From Pocillopora damicornis (Eukaryota): a stretch of 64,000 bases of DNA. Both the position numbers and the translations under genes were made by a program. Below the pieces are notes generated by a model, which worked only from the letters and a program-made list of their open reading frames with translations, made no database searches and was not told the origin of the DNA. Location of the stretch: NCBI RefSeq assembly GCF_003704095.1, contig NW_020847002.1, positions 62,001-126,000 of the forward strand, given 5' to 3'. Below are positions 1 to 14,600 of this stretch, piece after piece. How positions within the stretch are numbered: position 1 is the first letter of the stretch; every line of letters begins with the position of its first letter.

Positions 1-1276
1 TTATATTGCGCTCATATTTCAATACCTAACGACACTGACTGTCCGTTTTACCCAACAAACCAATCGGAACACAGAGATCAGTTGTCAATGTTCCGTCATC
101 ATTCGCTAATGTTTAGGTGCAGCTCGCCAGACGAACCTTGTCAAGACGCGGGATTGACCTGACCAAAAGGGTTGAGATTCAATCAATTTTTGTCGTGTAA
201 ACATAATCTCAAGAAGCCTTTTCAGGCTTCTTGAGATCAAAAATCTGGAACCACAACTATCCCGTCGTACTCGAGTTTGAAATAATTTTTATCACCACTA
301 TTGTCTCTCCTCTTTTGACGTATTTGGTCACCAAAAATACTGACCCGGGTCAGTCTCGAGGTAAACCACGCCAAGTTCAGTCTGGGAAAGCAAACCTCCA
401 GGTTATTACTGCAGTAATTCGTCCCATGCAACTGAACAAATCAACCAGGGGTCGTACAAAGAGACAAAATAAACTGAAGTGGAGAGGCCGGGTCATCTCT
501 TCCTGCCGCGTTACCCCTGTTGACAAATTCTTAGAGGTGAAACAATTAACGGTGAAAATCTTTTCAGTAAAACTCTTTACTTTACTCTCTGAAACTCTTT
601 TCGGCGGCAAATTTACGTTATCAACTCAGCTGATGGTACTTTGTTGACACTCAGGTTTGAATTTCTCTATTTTTCCAATGTAAAGACCGGTCTGAAAGCT
701 CTCTCGGTCTTGTACTTTCTCTAAAGTAACAATTTTTGTCTCGCCGTGGCTATTCTTTCTTTTTCTTTATCCGCTGACATATTATTAGGTGTTTGGTTGC
801 CAGAAAGGTTGGACCAGGTCATTCTCATAGCAAACAATACACCAGTAGAGACTGGCTCCTCGGGTTCGTGTATAAAGTACTTGTATTATTTGGCGCTCTT
901 TATGTTGATTCAAATCGGGCTCGTGATCAGAGGCACATGAGGGCAATTTTAGAGGAAAACCAAGCTGAAAAGGAGCGCAGTAGGTATAATTTATGTCCGA
1001 TTTCCTTTAATTTCGTTAAAAAGGTGAGAGATCTCTGAAACCTTTCCTGCGATGTACTTCACTCCGAAACCATTGCTGTAATGTTAATCATACAGTAAAT
1101 TTCAAAAAATACTTTTGCATATATCTGAATTTAAAGATAGTTTAATTTTGAATTTAAAACTTTCTTAGCTTTATAACAAATATAATCTTTCTCCTGTCGG
1201 CTATCGTGTCATGTTCCATGCCGTGACAAGGCTCTTCGAAAACTCCGTATAGTCATTGCATAGTCCTGGCCAGTTG

Positions 1277-2146
1277 TCAGCTGTAACGAATCATACAAGA
1301 CTTCACCATCTTTCTCATTGTCTTCCGAAAGTTAGCGCTTCGTACGCAGTAGATGTATGGATTTAAAGAGGCATTTAAATAGTATATTATGTTAATCCAG
1401 TTCTGTATGTCGAAGTATCGTGGATCACTTGGAAAAACTACTGAGTAAAATATAAGAGCTGGGATCCATGCAGCACAAAATACACCAAGAATTATTGCCA
1501 TTGTTCTCGTCGACTTTCGTTCATGTAAGAAGTTTGTATTTCTTTGCACGTTTGAAATCTGCAAGCTGGCAATCTGTCTTTCTTTTTTCAGAGCAAACAG
1601 GAAGATATGAATGTACAAAAATATTGTCACCAACATGATGACAGTGCAGTATGCAGGCTGTATATATATAAAGTTTAGTACCATAAAAACAGCTGATATA
1701 AATGCCCCTAACAGCCACGTAAGGGAGATAATGACGACAGCACGTCGTTTTGTCATCATAGAAGTGTACTTGAATGGATATTTAATGGATAAAATACGGT
1801 CTACAGCGATCGATAATAAACTTGAGACTGCAGCAGGCGCGATAAACTGTGAAAGTCCACGATTTGCCACAACAAACGTTTCTGGGACGTGACAAAAACC
1901 TTTCCTGCACATATATTTATAGATACCACCAGGAGAGACGACAAACAGACTTAATAAATCAATTAGGGCCAGGTTTCCAAGAAGTAGGTTAGATGGTGTT
2001 GCAAGTCGAATGTTGAAAAAAATCACCAAAAGTACCAGTAGATTACCCAGTGTACCCAAGATAATTAGTAGTCCGTTTATTGTGACGGCTGATAGAACTA
2101 AGGCCAGGTTTGGAGGCGTCACCGAAGGGCTCGCACTTGCTGTCAT
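1277..2146 (-). CDS. Intronless class A (rhodopsin-like) GPCR, orphan, adenosine/amine receptor-like, 289 aa
   Basis: Seven hydrophobic segments; TM1 GNLLV, TM2 NLALIDL, TM3 DRI (DRY variant), TM6 FCAAWIP, TM7 LNPYIY, helix 8 FRKTM. Confidence 0.9.
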   Translation of the reverse strand: MTASASPSVTPPNLALVLSAVTINGLLIILGTLGNLLVLLVIFFNIRLATPSNLLLGNLALIDLLSLFVVSPGGIYKYMCRKGFCHVPETFVVANRGLSQFIAPAAVSSLLSIAVDRILSIKYPFKYTSMMTKRRAVVIISLTWLLGAFISAVFMVLNFIYIQPAYCTVIMLVTIFLYIHIFLFALKKERQIASLQISNVQRNTNFLHERKSTRTMAIILGVFCAAWIPALIFYSVVFPSDPRYFDIQNWINIIYYLNASLNPYIYCVRSANFRKTMRKMVKSCMIRYS

Positions 2147-5100
2147 CGTGGTTTTCCTTTGGAAGTTTGTAAACAGAACAATGATTAATAATCACTTTAG
2201 AATACGATTATTGCTTTGGTCTTTTCGACAAATATGTTATGAATGTCATTACGTTAAAGCAAGAGTATGTGAATGGATAGCCACCAACCGGGAACATAGT
2301 GATGATGTTCATCTTGGGCGGGCGGCTTTCCTCCATTGCCAAATATCGCTTCCCCCTTCCAGAAAGAGCTAAAAATATTTTTACTGATGTTCATAAAGAT
2401 GAAGACGATGATGAAGTGAGTACGATAGGTTTTTTTTTTTTATCTCATCACTGTACAACTTCCGATTGGGAACAAATGTTAACAACCTTATTTAGTGCTC
2501 CTTATTATGTTAAAACGCTCGTAAAATATCAGTCACCCTTGGAGCAATTCAACTGTTGAAGGATCTGGTAAATATTTATAAGTGGTTTTAGCTGTCAAAA
2601 CATAATTTAGTCAATTTAGTCTCTTTGCTGACTGTTCTCCATACAGAGAAATCATTGTCCATTTTTCTTCTTGCTGAAAGGCTTTGACAATTTGTACGAG
2701 TACTCTACGATAGAATCCTCATGCAATATACTCTAAGTATACCGAAAGGAAAGAAATGATATCCCCGACAGTTTTCGTGCTTCCCGTTCATTCTTGAATC
2801 TGCTGCGTTTCGAAAATTCCACTCTGTCATAACCATACCTATTGCACATCTTTTAGAGGTTACCACTCTTTAGTGCGACATTTCACCCGGTAATTAAACT
2901 GCTCGGAAAAAAATAGAATTGAAATCCTAAGGAAATGTTTGTAAATGAACCAAATTATTATCACTTAAAGTTGTACTTTCAACTGTCTCACCCGTGATTT
3001 ACTTTTTCGTTATTCTTTATTGATAGCTTTGCAAAATTCACTTGAGAAAAATACTTACCACTTTAATAAATTAAAGGAGTTTCTACAGAAGAGTTAAGTT
3101 CGAGAACTTACCTAAGCAGGAATAAAACCACGATTAATGATCTTTTTCTCTCAGTTTCTGACAGCAATTGTAGTTCCGCAGTGAACTCAAGAAATAAAAC
3201 ACGCGACTCGAGTTCTAAACAGAAAACACCTAAACAAACCCAGTACAAACCGTTTATCACAATACAACCGTATGACACTGAAAATTTGTTTCCAGATGTG
3301 CTTGGCTGACGATCTTTCCTATATGCCGCTGTATACAATCTTTTGCGCAACCGCAGGCACAACAGAGCTTGATAGAGTGGGCATATGACGTTCCAACAAC
3401 ACGACTGGTCGACAGTTTGAACCGAACTGAGCTGTCTTACGGCAATATCCCATATAATTCCGGAAACATCATATCAGGTGGCCTTTGCGAAGCATGTTCC
3501 ATCGCTTCAACCGGGTTATATGCAGTCACTAAACTACGCATAAAAATATCCTTCTAATTACATTGGAATGTTTTAATAAGTAATGAAGTTCATGTGTGTG
3601 CGTGTAAAGGAAATACACTTGATATATCAGCCTTTTCCAGCGCATCCTTCGACGTTTTATTACCGGTTTAGGATGAAATATTTTCCAGAAGTGATGCTAT
3701 TCAGAATTGACAATGAAATAAGTTCTTGTCAACTCATGCCAGTTTATTTTGGTCTACCACAATTCATGACCTTTATCACGTGAACTATTTTGGTTCACAA
3801 TTAGCACTGCCAAATGTTTCCCTTGTTGATTTTTAGGAGGTTTGCTATATTGCAATGCTATTTCTTCCTCGCACGATAACGTTTCACCATAAGTGTAGAT
3901 CATGGCTTGTTGACTTTCAGGAGCCAGTTTAGAATATTTATCTTTATGTGTGTTTCAGTGAAAGCAGTGAGGGATACAAGGTCAAAGCTTATGACTAAGA
4001 GGCGTCAAGAAACGAAAGCAACCGCTAACCAAACAAATATGTTACATAACGTAATCGACGCAAAAAAGGTATATTGTCAGTTATTTAAATTGATATCAGA
4101 CCAACAATACCCGTGAACAATATAATTGCGTGGTTGTGGCCTACCACCTTTTGAAGAATCAACTGCTGTTACTGATTTAAACACCGTGTAATGCATGAGG
4201 TATTAAAATGACCACTCGTTTGTGTCAATGAAATCTAACAAAGCAGGCCTTCACGTAATCGTCGGGATAACACACCCGACAAATAAAATAAAACAAAATG
4301 ACATTTTAAACATAGAATTCGCAATAAGATCGCAAAATTGATCAGAAAACAGTAATTTTAATAAGGTCTCAGCTATTGCACACGTCTTAGAAACGATTTA
4401 GACTCTCTCTAACTGTTAGCCAGCAAATTTAGTCTCACTTTACGTCTGTCTTTTGGATTGGCCATCTTGATTTTTATCCTTCACATCTAAGTTGGCTTTG
4501 TGTAATTACTGATGAAGGAGAGCAGTTAAAAGCCTGGAGACTACTGGGTTAGTATGCATCAAGCTACCATTAGAGTAAATTTTGAGCTTGTTGGTATCGT
4601 CTCAAAGTGCTGACAAATGTGCTGACGAAACACTACGTAACGTGGCTGATATTTTGAGTTTGAATACAACAAAAATCACGAGATGAAATCCAACAGGTAT
4701 CAAATCTATAATGTTACTCTTAAGTTCATTTTTTTTTAAACAAGCAATCCAAAGATCTAGGCTAGGGATGGCAATCATTGAAGACTTAAAATATTTGTTG
4801 AAACCAAATTTGTCCCCACAAATTTCCCACTATTAGAAATATGTGATTATGCGGTAGATTCTCTCAGACATCTCGTCTTGTTTTATAGCCACACACTGCA
4901 GCTACGCTAAGCAACAACCAATCACAAAACAAACGCTAAACACTTCGAAGAATTCATTCGTTCGATAAAAATTGTTCTAGAAAAACCAAAACCAGCTCAA
5001 ATTAAATACTAATAGTCTAAAATACAATTACCCGTCGAGCAATACATTTCGAATCTTCAAAATTACTACTTCTTGTAAAATTGCTTGACTAAATAAAACT

Positions 5101-5625
5101 AGTTTTTAACAATCTTGTGTATTCTGTACTATAAATAACGCTAACGTCGCATTAAATCAAACTAATGGCTCACAACTTAGAAATTACAATGCTAACTAAA
5201 ATGGGAGTAAAAGCCAACCATTTTCATTACTTTTAAGTCCTCGAAACATGGTAACACACGTGACAGTTGGTACTGTCATGAACAACTTGCACGGTTGTAG
5301 TCAGAGAGAGATAAACGTTGTAGTGTGTACATTAGGACCTCGTACATAAAAAGTCATCATTTTCCTCTTTTTAACGGACTTTAAGCCCTTTTTGTTGAGA
5401 AAAATCTCTCATCTCCCTCTTGTCATCAATATAATTATCATACGTATCATTTTCAGTATAAGTATAACATAGGAATTATTAGTTTCCTTCGAACTTTTGC
5501 AGAAGGGGAAGTAAATATAGTACGAACACGAGGAATAGTCAAGCAAAGAAACTCTCTTAAAGGATTTTGTGGCAACATAATAACATGCTATAACATAGTA
5601 ACATGCTATAACATAGTAGCATTGA

Positions 5626-8600
5626 TTACGGAATCAAGGAGTTAAACTCCTCCAGCCGCGAATTAAATTTTCTAAACTCCGTGTCTCCCCAGGCCTCCCA
5701 CAGGACCAACTGATAGCGCTCCAAACCGCGTTCTGTAGTATTCACGCTACCTCTTGGAGTCTCCAGGCGACGCAAACAGACCACCTTGTCCATGCCACTG
5801 CTGACAATTTCATCCACTTGACCATTTTCGTAACCTAGAAGATTGTCACTCTCGAGTTGAGCGAACACAAGACCCAAAGGAACATCATCATTAAATGAGT
5901 TGACGTTCAGTGTTAGCACGTCACCAACTCCTCGTCCAATCCACAACGTGCCATTCACTAACGAAAGTGCTGTCACACGATTAATTGTGCCAGCAAGTAT
6001 TCGTATCCGAGGTCTCGCTGCCCACGGTTTACTAAGTGGTGACTTGTTGCCTTCATCTTTCTCCTGTCGCCGTTGAGATTTTCTCCTGGTTGAACTCATA
6101 AGCGAGGGAGTTCGAGAAGGTGAATTGAAAGGCTGCCTTAACGACGTCATAGAAGCACATGGACGGGATATCGAGCTTTCAGAGCCTAAACTTTTTCGTG
6201 CACCTTCGATGAAAGCTTGACGAGTTTCTTCGCGGTCAACGAGCTCAAAATCTGCACCTTCCCTTTTGTCGACAGCTTCTCTGGTTACTGTTTCGGTCTC
6301 TTTTTCATCTTCAACATTGTTGTCTCCTGTCTGTCTCTGGGCTTCAATTGTAATTTCAGGAATAGTTTCAACTGATAATGTCATAGATAATGCATCACTT
6401 TTGCCATGATTGGAAGTAGCGTCGCATCTCGATTCTATGACTTCCTCGCCGGAGTTTCGAATATTATCGATTGTCGCTGTTTTTTCGATTAAAGTTGGAA
6501 CATTTTCGGAAATTACTGAAACAGAATCTTCGTTTGTTTGAAAATCTTCGGTTTGAGAGTGAGACTCCTGCGGGGTACTGCTAGCCTGAGCAAGAACTGT
6601 GATACTTTTCGTTGTATCTGTGCTACAAAAAGAAGAAATTCCACCCTCATCGGAGACGGTTTCCGCTGGTAGGGACAGAGAACGGGAAAATGCCTGAACC
6701 TGTTTCGAATCCATATTTCCAGAATCCTCATGACGATCATTTTCTGTTGTATTTCGACCAAAGTCAGAACCAATTCGACGAGGAAGTGAATCCTCTTTAC
6801 GCAAAGAGTTTGTTTCGTCGCCTTCTTCATTGATACTACGATCCATCGCCTCTTTAAACATCGATTCAGTGAAAGAGGGCTCGCACATATCAGGTGGGTC
6901 ACTGACTGTTCTGTCACGACGGGAAGAGCGTTCATCATCACCTTTTCTTGAAGTGAAACGGCGGGACTCTACTATGTTTGTGTCTAAAACTTTTCCAACT
7001 GGACTGTTAACATCACAGTCAAAAATATTGGTCAGCTGACGACTGCTAACTTGCCATTGTAAAATTTTCGATGACCTCCTGTCCGCGCACCAAACACGTG
7101 TTCCGTCCGTTACCATGATCCGGACATGCGTCCTTTGCGTTTGGTACACCGCAATCTCGTCTAGAATTACCAAGGTGTTGGTATCCACTATCACAATCTT
7201 GTTGCCGCATCCAACCCACAGTTCTTTATTATTGAATACGAGAACCATACATTTGGTGGGCATACCAGACTGACCAAGGTTAACAACCTACAATAAGTGA
7301 ACACAGCTATGTATCACTAAAGAGTAACCCACAACCTGTTAGTGCCACCAGAATGGTCTTCGGCTAAGAAGTAAATGAATTTTGACCAAGAATAATCCAT
7401 TGTCGTTAGACGTGTACATGTTGTGAACTTATGTGTAATACCATGTTCGCAATATAACGTGCAATCGTTAACAACAAACTGTTTCAATCTCTCATTTCTA
7501 CTGTCACAAAGGGTAAAGTCTTTCTCCTTTAGTATTTCTCGCAACTGAAAAAAACGACAACATACACAACAAACCTGAAAGTTAGACCACTTGTCACTTT
7601 CCTTTTTCAACCGTTCATCCTCGCCTTTCGTTTCTAGAGTGACATCAGCATGCGAAAATCTTCGTGCTAATCTAGTTTTAGGAGTGAACACTATCAGGGT
7701 ACCATTGGCAAGGGAAGCAAATACACTTTTAACTCTTGTGCCACTCTATCAATGGAAAAAAGACAGAAACCTCAATTAAATGTGAAGTTCAAGATACTCT
7801 AATCTTGGAAGTTAAAAAACTAAATGGAAGTGTTTGATCCAGGCCAAATTCCGTCCAAAGGTATTTTTTCCCATTCACCTTTGAAAGGTACTGGATTTGT
7901 TACATTTTAGCGAGGTTACTTCAGTTGCCTTTGTGTCCATTTCTCTATGTAGCTTCGAAGGGAACCATTTTAAACACCACTAGTGCATAATGAGGAAGCT
8001 CCCTTGGAAGAGAATTTAACGCTGGCTGCGACATACAAATGCACGAATACAAAACACAAAACCATGGCAACTATATCATAGTGACAATATTACACAAAAA
8101 ACATTGTAGCTATACCTCAAGCTCTGCCTTTTCAGGAAGGTCCTCATCTGTTGGAAAATACTCCGTCAACAGCGCAAGAACTGGAGCCTTAGTGGTATAC
8201 GACCACAGAATTGAGGGATTACGCCAGGACGTCCGTCCGAACACCTCTATAGTGCACCCCTACAAAAATGGTCCCTGTCAGATTTACACTCTTATAGACA
8301 TTAAAAATAAACTAAAAGCAACACTAGAACAATTTTTTTCTCTCAGTTTCGAAATTAATCATATCCACTCCTGAGTACTGCAAGGAAGAAGTTTTTCTTT
8401 TCAGCTTGTTTGCGATTAATAACAAAATTTATTTACCTCCGTGCCAAGCCAAGTTCGATTTTCAACTCTCGTCATGCAAAGCACTCTATGTCCCTCACAG
8501 TTTTGTCCTTGTGTATGGAACACTCCTGTCTCACAGTTGATTATACTGTAGTACCGATCATTTCGTTCACGACTCCAAATCAGAATAAAGTTCGAAGCGA

Positions 8601-11600
8601 TCTCAGTTGAAGAACCCTCCATAGCCTCAGGGACCTTGGGATTGCCTGCAAGAGTGCGCAGGTAACATAAGTTGACTGGTACATGAGCAAAGTCGACATC
8701 TTTTACGGATGGAAAAGACCCAAATGAACGAGAGAGATAATAAAGACACAAGCAACACGCGCACTTATACTAAATGATCCAATGGTGATAAGCCGTCGAG
8801 TCTTACCAGAAGCAACATTTGATAAGGCATAAATTGCTGTAACTTTCTCCAACAAGTTTTCATCAGTGGCTGGTAACAGTCGACACTGACATAAGAAAGC
8901 TGGATCTTCCATCTCTTTTAAAATTTCGCTTGCAGGAGGACGCTTCTCTGGCAACTGATGCCAGCATGATCTACAGAATGCAAAGCAACATAAGTTATGA
9001 TGCAAGTTACAAGGTAAAGTGGGAATGAGAATTGCGTGTGAATGGGATTTAATTAAGCGTTGACCCACATGATCCAAACCCTCTATAATAATTTTACATG
9101 CATGACCACATTCAGAAAAAGTACTTAATATCTTCTTGCGGTGGGTAACTCATTCAGTTATAGTTTTTCCCGCCTTCCTTCTCCTGTGAGGTGGTTTCAT
9201 TATCCCAAAGAAGCCTTGCAATATCAATAAACTGAATTTCCGTGGACAATCTTACAGGGGTATTAAGTGTGTGAAGCAGAGGTATATCATTGACAAATTC
9301 TTACCTCATTAGCCGTTCTAATCTTGGCAATTGTGAATCTAATTCAAGCTGAGGTGAAGGCCGCACCCCTCGTCGAATCGCTTTCTTGATGTCCACGACA
9401 TTGCGATAATCACTAAAAGGACGACATCCTGTCAGCAGCTCAAACAGAAAAATTGCAAAGGAGAAAATATCCACCTGGAACAAAAAAAAGAGGAAACATA
9501 ACTGATGCATTAAAGAAAGATGTTTTTTCGTCTTGTCACGAGCGGGGGACAAAGAAAAAATTCTGAGTCCTCATGAGGAATCGAACCTCAGCCCTTCAGA
9601 TTCCGCGCTCAGATGCTCGTAACTAATGCACTTTGACAATTTTACTTGTAGGTAGCACAATATCGCTTAACCTTTCTGCTTTTATCACTAAGTCTGTGAT
9701 TTCATTACCTTTTCATCGTAACCGACTCCAGTGCGAATTTCCGGAGCCTGATATCCTGGAGTCCCTTCCTCTCCAGCAACTCCTTGAGGTGTGGCGAAAC
9801 ACGAGATTCCGTAGTCAGATAGTTTGACGTTCAATAAAGCGGACTCATCCATGGACCAAACTAAAACATTGTCGGCTTTCAGATCTCGATAGATAATGTT
9901 ACAGTCGTGGAGATACCAAAGGGCACTGGCGACCTGAGGCGATAAAAAGAATTAAAAGCGTTGAAAGGAATTGCAAACATGCTGTCTTTTTCTTTTGAGC
10001 TTTGGTGCGAAAGCAAGAGCAAAAGCAAACAAGAGGCAACACACGGATGCCTGTTGAGGGGTTCTGACTTTCGTACTTGCTACAGGTCAACTCTTGTTTG
10101 TTTGTTTGTTTGTTTGTTGGCTGTCTGTTTGTTTTCCTGTCTAAGGAAGGAAGTAAGCGGTTTATGGTAGCAAACGGTTTCAAGTCACCGCATACGTAAG
10201 AAAACTTACGAGAAAGAAGCAATCACGTGTCAACATCGTCACAATCCTAAAGCTAAACCTTGGAGGTACCTTTAGACACCTTCTACTTCCAAGGTAATCC
10301 TCTAAGGCGTCTGTTATTTCTCTACACGTGACAGATACCTGGAAAGCGATTTTATAGGATAATTCACGCCCAAGAATTGACTCCCTGCTCCTGGAAACTT
10401 GGCTGCCTTCGTTCTCTCGAGCTTCACGCTTTGATGAGAGCTCGTCAAGGACTGTAGCTAAACTACCAAAAGGGGCGAGCTCCAAAACAAAGCATAGTGG
10501 ACGCAGAGAAACGGCAAGAAGTCTGACAACACATGGATGATTCAATCGGCAAAGGACTGCTACCTAAAAACACGATCACAAAGAAAATCCTTGCTACTCT
10601 AATAATTTCAAAATTATCAACTAAAGCAAATTAACAACCTAATTCAATACGAAAATAAGTAAAATTAACTGTTCGAAGAACATCTTAATACTCTTGAATC
10701 ATTTGCTATTTGCCGCATATTTAGGGAATATGGCTGAACTTAGTTTCTTATGAATAATGCCCATCTCTGTCATTTATTCATTATTATTGGTTTTGTGGAG
10801 GGAGATTGAAGAAGGGCTGGAGGTTCTTACCGGGTGTGTTATAAAACTAAGAAACAATGGTGGTATGTGAGAGCAACAACTTCTCGAGCGTTTACTTGCA
10901 AATAAGCGACCCGTTAGTGATGTGTAGTCTGTAATGCAAATGAAAAGCTCTTGGGAGTGAAACGAGGGGATTAGGGTGGCGTAGGGCAGGGTAAAGAAAA
11001 ATATGACACTGTTAGTTACTTTTATTACAAAAGATTAGAAACTGATATTATGTTGCTTTATTATTACCTCTTGACGTAAGTCCCAGAAAGCTTTGACAAC
11101 CTTAGTCCTTTCCAGTTCCTCCTCCATGTCACGTTCAGTGTTGGCAGTGTACACATCAGATCTCCGGCCACTTGAGCCCTCACTCACATGGGACCTATAA
11201 CAGGATCCACTTAAAGTCCTGGATCCAGGAGAGGGCCCAGTGTTTCCAAGTCCGCTGTCAAGGAGAGAGCTGCACATCGGGAAGAGTCAAAGAAACCATA
11301 AATGTCACGCAAGGGATTTACCACTTCTAATGAATAATATTTAGGATAATATGTATTCCAAACGTGTAATGATAAAGTGCCTGAGTCCTTAGTCACAGAA
11401 GCCCAAACCATGATGTCTGAACACCAGTTAGTTGTAAAATCCTTCGACACGCATCAAGCACATGAACATGATCGTTAACAACTCAACTCATAAGAAGAGC
11501 ATAACAGAAAAGTTAAATTTGAATTTCTCAGACATTTACCCAGTTTGGCCTATAGAGTGGAATATTTTCACCGCCACAGTCTCGTTTCGATATGATCCAC

Positions 11601-14600
11601 GATACACTTCACCAGAGCCACCACCGCCAATCTTATGTGATTCTCGCGGGTCGAACTTGAATTGAGTTTGATCCACAAGTAACTGCCGGGGTAGGTCTGC
11701 CATTAACAAGTCCGGGATAAGAAGCGATATGGACACCACTCTATCCGGATGGGAAGGACAGCTGATAGTTGAAAAACGCATCGCAGTTGCTGCGCATTCC
11801 GGCAGAGTGAAATTGTGCGGATGAAGAGTTTGCAACATAAGAAAATTAGAGGGAAGAGTGGATGGAAACTCCATAGAAACAGATCGTTTCATTGATTTGC
11901 GGTGAGTCATCCAGTTGATACAAAGCGGACACGGAATTAAACGACGGACCAATGGCAACCCATACATGTCAGTCTCGTCGAGACCTACAACCAATTATTT
12001 TAAAGGTGAGATATCGACTGTGGGTATTTAACAAAGGAGGCTCAACCAAATTAATTCTCAGAGCAAACCAGCCACAGCTACACTGATAACTAGGTGAAGT
12101 TATTTTTTCTCTAAACGAGCTGGGCTTACAATATTTTTCCGACTATTTCACGGGTTTCTTTTGTTTTCTTTTTAGAATTGCTTCTATATCGATTTTCAAA
12201 AAATAACTTATTTTTCACAGGGATTGTGATTGCTAACCCTAAGCAAATAGCTTCAGTATTTTCATTTACCCGGATACCATTCCGAAATGAGAGCGTCAAT
12301 CTGATCGACAATGAATCCAATAGCAGCAAAGTCTCGCTGTTCTGACCATACAGTGATAGCGACACCATTGATTTCTTGGAAGACGGCCTTTCCTTGATTT
12401 ACAGGGATCTTGAAGAAGAAATACAGAGTCAAAAATAGTTAGTTTCAAAGGCAAACAAAAACATCATGTAACGTGAACTGACTTTTTTTAATAGCAATCA
12501 ACGCAACACTTAAGGGTCACAGAAAAGAAGAGTCATGTAACACAAGGATCATACGATACAAAAAGTCACGCACCAATTCTTGGTATGATTCCACCTTGAA
12601 GTAACCTCCCTCATACACGACACCAATCCCCTCCCGCCAGTAAACCAAAGAATAGCTTTCTTCCTTTATTTGCTCAATAGTCCGCCATCTTTGAACGGAC
12701 ACAATAAGCCTGGTAATGAGTCGGCTCCAGAACCCGCTCGGCGTGTAGGCCATCTGGTAATTCCTACACACTGTGTTGATGTTTGAATTGTCTAGTGAGC
12801 TGCTGCCACGACTACTGGAAAATCTGCCCTGTTGATCAGTAACATACAATAGTAAGTCAGAAATATTATAAGAGTACATACTTTTACTCAAGTTCAAGTA
12901 CTGTGAAGGTGAGGAACGTGAGTAATTTAGCCACACCTGTTCGTTTGACTTTTTTCTCTTGGCCATCAACTTCTGAAGCTTGTGAAGCTGCAGTCCTGGT
13001 TTCTCTTTTGGTAGCATTGAAGGAATTAAAAGCTGTTCCTCGTTTATAGAGAGAGCAATCTCGAAACGCTCCATTAGTTGCAGATACTGAAACAAGTAAT
13101 TATTCAGTCAATAAATCCATCAGACGGCTGATCGGTCAGTGTTGTACAAAATATGACTTTAAGGCTCACCTGTAGTATAAAATTTTGGGGGAATTTGGGG
13201 TCTCTCAACACCAACTGCAAATCCTTCTTCTTCATGACACCGTTAACAATAAAAGGATTTCTCTCTCGGACGGTGACAAGAGTCGCAATAAGATCACAGA
13301 CCCAAGCAGGGTCAATAAAGTAAAGATGATTGAGGCCCCGCAGCTGATCATTGTAGTGAAGTAACACACCATTCTCGTGTAAGAATCTGGTGGCTAAGAG
13401 AAGACGGAATACGCCCAGGAAAAATTAGTTTTTTTTAAATACCACAATACGTTCAGCTCACAAGTTACTGGTGGATAGGCATGTAGTTAACTGAATTTTG
13501 ATATTGCATCTCTCGGACGTCTGTTTCTGTTTTTATATTATTATTATTATTATTATTATTATTGTTCGTTTGTTTCTCCGAAAACGCTAAGACGTGAACC
13601 ACGTCAGAGAGATCTTAAGAAGTTCGCGAAAGGTTTCTTATCCTCATGACGGTAATTCTTACCCATTACCATAAACTGTAGCAAAAAAACATGCAAAGTT
13701 AATCCGAAACGCGACAACGAACCCGAGGTCTGAACAAACAACAACAACAAAAATCACCTTCATTCCCACATATCAGTGGTGAGATAACGCCAGTGACACT
13801 TGTAGTCGTGTTCGATGATGGAAGCTCACTTACCTAGTGTTAGCTCCTCAGTATCTAAGATGTCATTCTGTGGACTGCACTTGGCGAGTTGCAAGATTTC
13901 ATCTTCCAAGAGTAAGGGTGGTTCGCCTGTGGTTCTCCGGCGCTCAGCCTCTTGTATAACAGCTTGTTGGAGGTCGATGTAACTTTGTGGTACCTGAAGA
14001 GAATTCAGAGAGAAGTAAGAAACAATTAAGTCATCAACCGATTAGCACTCTGACTTTTTCAAGCTGAACAAAGATGAAGGAGGCAAATGAAATAAAGGAA
14101 GAACAATGTTGACGTTCTGTCTATCTCATCATAAATCACGGCTGTTTCGAAAATCAAATAGGAAAGGAAAACAATAAAAACTAATAACCATTCGACCAAT
14201 GATGTTTTCTCCATGATCCTTGACTTTTAACGCCTTGCTGTAAATCAGTTCTTTCAACTCCGGAATGTTCTCGCCAGTCGTCGGCGACACAACAATATTG
14301 CCGACAATCTTCGGAAATCCTTGGTTGTCCAAATACTTCAGCGCGATGCTTTGCTTCAGTGCATCCACGCGGTCTTGTCGATTTTTCTTCGGAAGCAAGT
14401 CCAGATGTGTTCCGACAATCAAAACTTCGGAAGACGGTGCACGAGCCTGAAAGGAAACACAGGGGAAATTCTTCAGAACCCTAGTTATGTCATGACACCG
14501 GAGGTATACCATTTTGGACAATGTGGTTATCACTTTGTATAAGAAACACGTCGATCATAGGCGACCTTGGAGCAATTTTTAATCGAGAGGCGAACGTTAT

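Noticed and set aside
231-1038. ORFs 231-647, 377-610 and 793-1038 as genes
   Set aside because: Non-ATG starts and no recognisable motifs; a possible exon at about 790-982 cannot be supported from sequence alone.
5581-5618. Short tandem duplications (18 bp x2 here; similar near 25152, 29268, 43941, 47656)
   Set aside because: Ordinary slippage duplications with no evidence of function.
9560-9619. Functional tRNA gene
   Set aside because: Only the B-box/3' half is present; no complete cloverleaf; followed by a SINE-like tail.
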